Source: Octopus bimaculoides | Taxonomy: Eukaryota | Assembly: GCF_001194135.2 (NCBI RefSeq) | Contig: NC_068989.1 | Span: 77,782,747-77,838,368, forward strand | DNA: 55,622 nucleotides | Direction: 5' to 3' | In this document: piece by piece, positions 51,491-55,622 of the stretch | Layout: each line of letters opens with the position of its first letter | Numbering within the stretch: position 1 is the stretch's first letter | Position numbers and translations under genes: made by a program | Notes under the pieces: model-generated | Seen by the model: only the letters and a program-made list of their open reading frames with translations | Databases searched by the model: none | Told to the model about the DNA's origin: nothing

Positions 51491-52744
51491 TTTGGCCGGC
51501 CAAATTGTCCGATTCTTGTCGACACAAAACTCCAAATACTCTATAAGTAGCTAACTTCTGTCTGTCCTTTGTGCATGCGCAATCGTTAGTTACTTGAAAC
51601 TTCAACGTATTTTGACGCGAACTTGAGATGAATCAGGTTGTATTTAGTGTATTTGGAATCACTCTGGAATTGAAGAGAACAAAACGAGCATTGTTAACGC
51701 CATATGATAGTGTTATTCAAAAGAAAGGCAGGAGAGCGGCAGAAACCTGCAGCAAGATATATGCTAATACGGAACATATGAGTCGGAAGTGGTTTTCAGG
51801 ATTCCGATCGAAAAATATTTTTTTCCTCGCTCTAGTTGGTCAACTGAGATTCATAGCGATGAAATGAGTGAGGGAATCGACACCAACCGCCGTTATACGA
51901 CCAAGATCATCGCAGATAGTCTCCATATATCCAGATTAAGTGTTGTAAACTATGCGCATCGGTTTCGTAAAATGGACAGGCTCGATCTTTGTGCTCCACA
52001 TCGTTTGAATGAGGCTAACCTCACTCAACGGTTTTCCATTTGAGATTTTTTTGCAGAAATGTGAAGAAAACGATCATGTTTTGAAAAGAAGGGTGGTAAG
52101 AGAAGAAGAATGGATCGTCTCTAACAATGTGAGGAGCAAAAACATCATGGAGGAAGTGTGGTGAATCACATCCAAACAACTTCCAAAGCAGGATTTCACC
52201 CGGATGATGTTATGCTTTAATTGTGGTTAAATTGGAAGGGTGATTTCTTTTACAAGCTTCTTCCTATGAACAAGCCCACTAATCCAGATGTGTAATGTGA
52301 CAAGCTGAATAAATTAAATGCAGCGATTCAGCAGAGGCCCCCAGCACTTACTGATCGTAAGGGTATTGTCTTTCATCGCGTCAATGTCAGAGCGCAAGCT
52401 TTATCGCAGACGCCGCCGAATTTATTGGGGCTTGGCTGAGAAATTTTGCTGTGCTCTCCATATTCATCTGATTTTGCGCCTTTAGATTTCCACTTCTTTC
52501 GCCCTCTAAAGTACATTTAACGTACAGAAATTCAACAAAAGAGCTGTGAAAATTCATCGGAATATTTTCTTCGCCATTTAAGACAAGAAGTCTTTAGTAG
52601 TGTATAATGGGTCTGGCTCCAAAGATGATAGGAGATACTGGGACGAAACTGAAATTATATCTTTGAATGAATAAATCGGTTTGTGCTTAAAACTCGGGTA
52701 TTATTTTCGATTGAAAAATCTAAGGGACATTTTGACTAACCCAA
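51491..52744 (+). mobile_element. Full-length decayed mariner (DD34D) transposon, about 1.25 kb
   Basis: Degenerate TIRs TA|TTTGGCCGGCCAAATTGTCC and GGACATTTTGACTAACCCAA|TA. Transposase relics include KKGRRAAET, KWFSGFRS, APHRLNEAN, EEEWIV, NWKG, RKGIVFH and YSSDFAPLDFHFFRPL, with multiple frameshifts and stops. Confidence 0.92.
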
Positions 52745-54157
52745 TATTGAATAAAACTGGTCTTGTTTTGTGGCACTGATGTAAAAGAAAGTATTTAATT
52801 AGAAACACATATAACATGAAAATAAATCTCAAGTACATTAAGCCCAGAAGCATGAGCAATTTCAATTGGACATGCTTTCAATTCGTATCTGTATATATGG
52901 GTGAGAACACCGACTGCAAATGAAACATGGTATAGATTTCAGTGAGACCAATGCAATGGAATCCGAGGTCTGGCTTTTGTTTAATATATGTAGAATATAA
53001 ATGACATCTTCATCTTGGTGCATTACACGGCCTCCTGCATAAAGGAGATGATGTTTTTAAAGTTTCGATATAAAAATATAAATTAAAGTTTGATTGTAAA
53101 TAGTGGAAATATGATTAAGGTAGTTGAATAGCTGAATTCTCATCGCCTCAACAAACGTTGAATGCAGCAGGCTGAAGATGGTTCTTGAAAGATTATTCAT
53201 AGCTTTAATGTTTTCAAGAAAATTCTGTATTTTCCAATGCAATTCACCTGTTACTCTAATCCATGCAATCAAAATGTATTGTTTATTCAAATATATTTTG
53301 ATAAATGCATTTGAAATGAGGAAATTGATGTCTCTTAGAGGGGGTGCATTTCCTGTTATGTGCAATCTTTTCTCAGAAAATTACATCTTACATCATTAAA
53401 TGTATGTATTTGCATCGAATCATTTGGATTAACTTAGCTTATTTGACGCTGATTTATATTTAGTTTTCTGTATTGGAAACTAATTTTTTTCAGTCGGAGC
53501 TATATAGGCGTGACGGTAAGACATCGAACAAGTAAATTACGTAAATTTGTGAATATTGTTTATATAGGTAATACATGTAATTTTACTTCCTTCTTTAAAA
53601 TCAACCTCTATCTTTAACAAATTATTTGGGGTTATTAGGTTCGCTAGAGTGAGGATTATTATTGATGTGGGGATGTATGTCCGATTAGCATTGCAGACAT
53701 GGACGAAGCACTTTATTTAAGAAATCCATTATATTTGCCCTTGAAATATTCTTGACGTGATTATAATTTTTTGTAAACTATACAGTATATTTTAGATTTT
53801 CAAAACTGAAAAAAAGAATAAACGTAATATATTATATGATGTATTTAGTAACATTCTTAGGTAAGTCATTGTTAAGACAATTGTAAGTCTGGGGGCGTTT
53901 ATCTTCAGTTTCAGAGATGACGGCGTTTCTAATATTTATGACTACACAACATCTATAATGACGACAACGAATATAACATCTGTCGGTGGTAGAAAATTAA
54001 ACTGATAAAAATTCAGAGATGGAAGTATAACACTTCCATTTTCTAAAAATGGAGGATGAACAAATATGTTCACGTACTAAAAGTTTATACTACATACGTA
54101 CGTACATCTATATCTATATCTATATCTATAGATATGCATATATATATATATATATAT

Positions 54158-54196
<39 letters not shown>

Positions 54197-55557
54197 NNNN
54201 NNNNNNNNNNNNNNNNNNNNNNNNNNNNNNNNNNNNNNNNNNNNNNNNNNNNNNNNNNNNNNNNNNNNNNNNNNNNNNNNNNNNNNNNNNNNNNNNNNNN
54301 NNNNNNNNNNNNNNNNNNNNNNNNNNNNNNNNNNNNNNNNNNNNNNNNNNNNNNNNNNNNNNNNNNNNNNNNNNNNNNNNNNNNNNNNNNNNNNNNNNNN
54401 NNNNNNNNNNNNNNNNNNNNNNNNNNNNNNNNNNNNNNNNNNNNNNNNNNNNNNNNNNNNNNNNNNNNNNNNNNNNNNNNNNNNNNNNNNNNNNNNNNNN
54501 NNNNNNNNNNNNNNNNNNNNNNNNNNNNNNNNNNNNNNNNNNNNNNNNNNNNNNNNNNNNNNNNNNNNNNNNNNNNNNNNNNNNNNNNNNNNNNNNNNNN
54601 NNNNNNNNNNNNNNNNNNNNNNNNNNNNNNNNNNNNNNNNNNNNNNNNNNNNNNNNNNNNNNNNNNNNNNNNNNNNNNNNNNNNNNNNNNNNNNNNNNNN
54701 NNNNNNNNNNNNNNNNNNNNNNNNNNNNNNNNNNCACAAATATACGTGTATATATATATATATATGAATATATGTGTGTATATACATGTGTGTGTGTGTG
54801 TGTGTGTGTGCGTGTGTGTAAATCCAAAGTACCGGGAATCTCACTAATGCCACCATACCCTGGTTAGCTGAAACCTGGGTATGGCAGTTGAGAGAATACT
54901 GCACATGCTGTACTCCAAATTAAAAGAAAAATTCCATTGCAAATTTCTGAGGAAGTGTTCATTTGCACAGCAGCAGCCTCCACTTCTCATATCCTGTGGT
55001 GATAGGAAAAGGACAAAATTCGTAGGTTGACGATGCCACTTGAATCTGTAACTATAATTATATATGGAGGCGATCCTGGACTTTGATCATTTGATGGTAT
55101 TTGGAGACGAAAAGTACTGTCTGATAAAATGTTTTTAATTATTTATATAAAGCCAAAGAATGCAAGTCATAAAAATTAATATTTCAGATCAATGGTTTCT
55201 TCTTGTTGTAAATCTTCTCAGAAATGGTGCCGTTGTTGGCTGACACAACAGAACAGAGAATTCAGTTAAGAACACTTTTTCTCCGAGTATACGCTGACTA
55301 AGTGACCAAACACCGAAATATTGAATACTAGGTAAAAAGCAAAATCCATCGAACTGTATTATTCCCTCTCAAATCTTGCGATTTTCATTTAAACATAAAT
55401 TAAAGACACAGATACATTCATACATATATACACCACCCATACATACATGTATACATGCATACATACATATACATGTATATATAAAAATATTTATATGTTT
55501 TTTGTGTGTCTGTGTATATGTAACTCTGTGTGTGTATGTGTGTATGAATGCCTATGT

Positions 55558-55622
<65 letters not shown>

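Overview
AT-rich, microsatellite-saturated eukaryotic scaffold with about 10 N-gaps. The SINE repertoire matches my recollection of octopus (coleoid) repeats, so the host is inferred to be Octopus. No complete protein-coding gene, rRNA, true tRNA, CRISPR array or prokaryotic system is supported. Nearly all ORF-track entries are microsatellite, N-gap or chance artefacts. The recognisable content is a transposon graveyard: four R4/Dong-type RT-RLE retrotransposon fragments, two RTE LINE fragments, an internally deleted Helitron with both termini, a full-length dead mariner, mariner and Tc1 fragments, pogo-type MITEs, a tentative Academ-like relic and at least 12 tRNA-derived SINEs of three families. 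Several splice-site-bounded open exon candidates on both strands may belong to an unannotated membrane-protein gene(s), but they are low confidence. The most unusual structures are a foldback/template-switch at the Helitron 3' end, a head-to-tail R4 junction beside a graded trinucleotide repeat, a cluster of triloop hairpins and a micro-exon pair. All translations were done by eye and TE boundaries are approximate.
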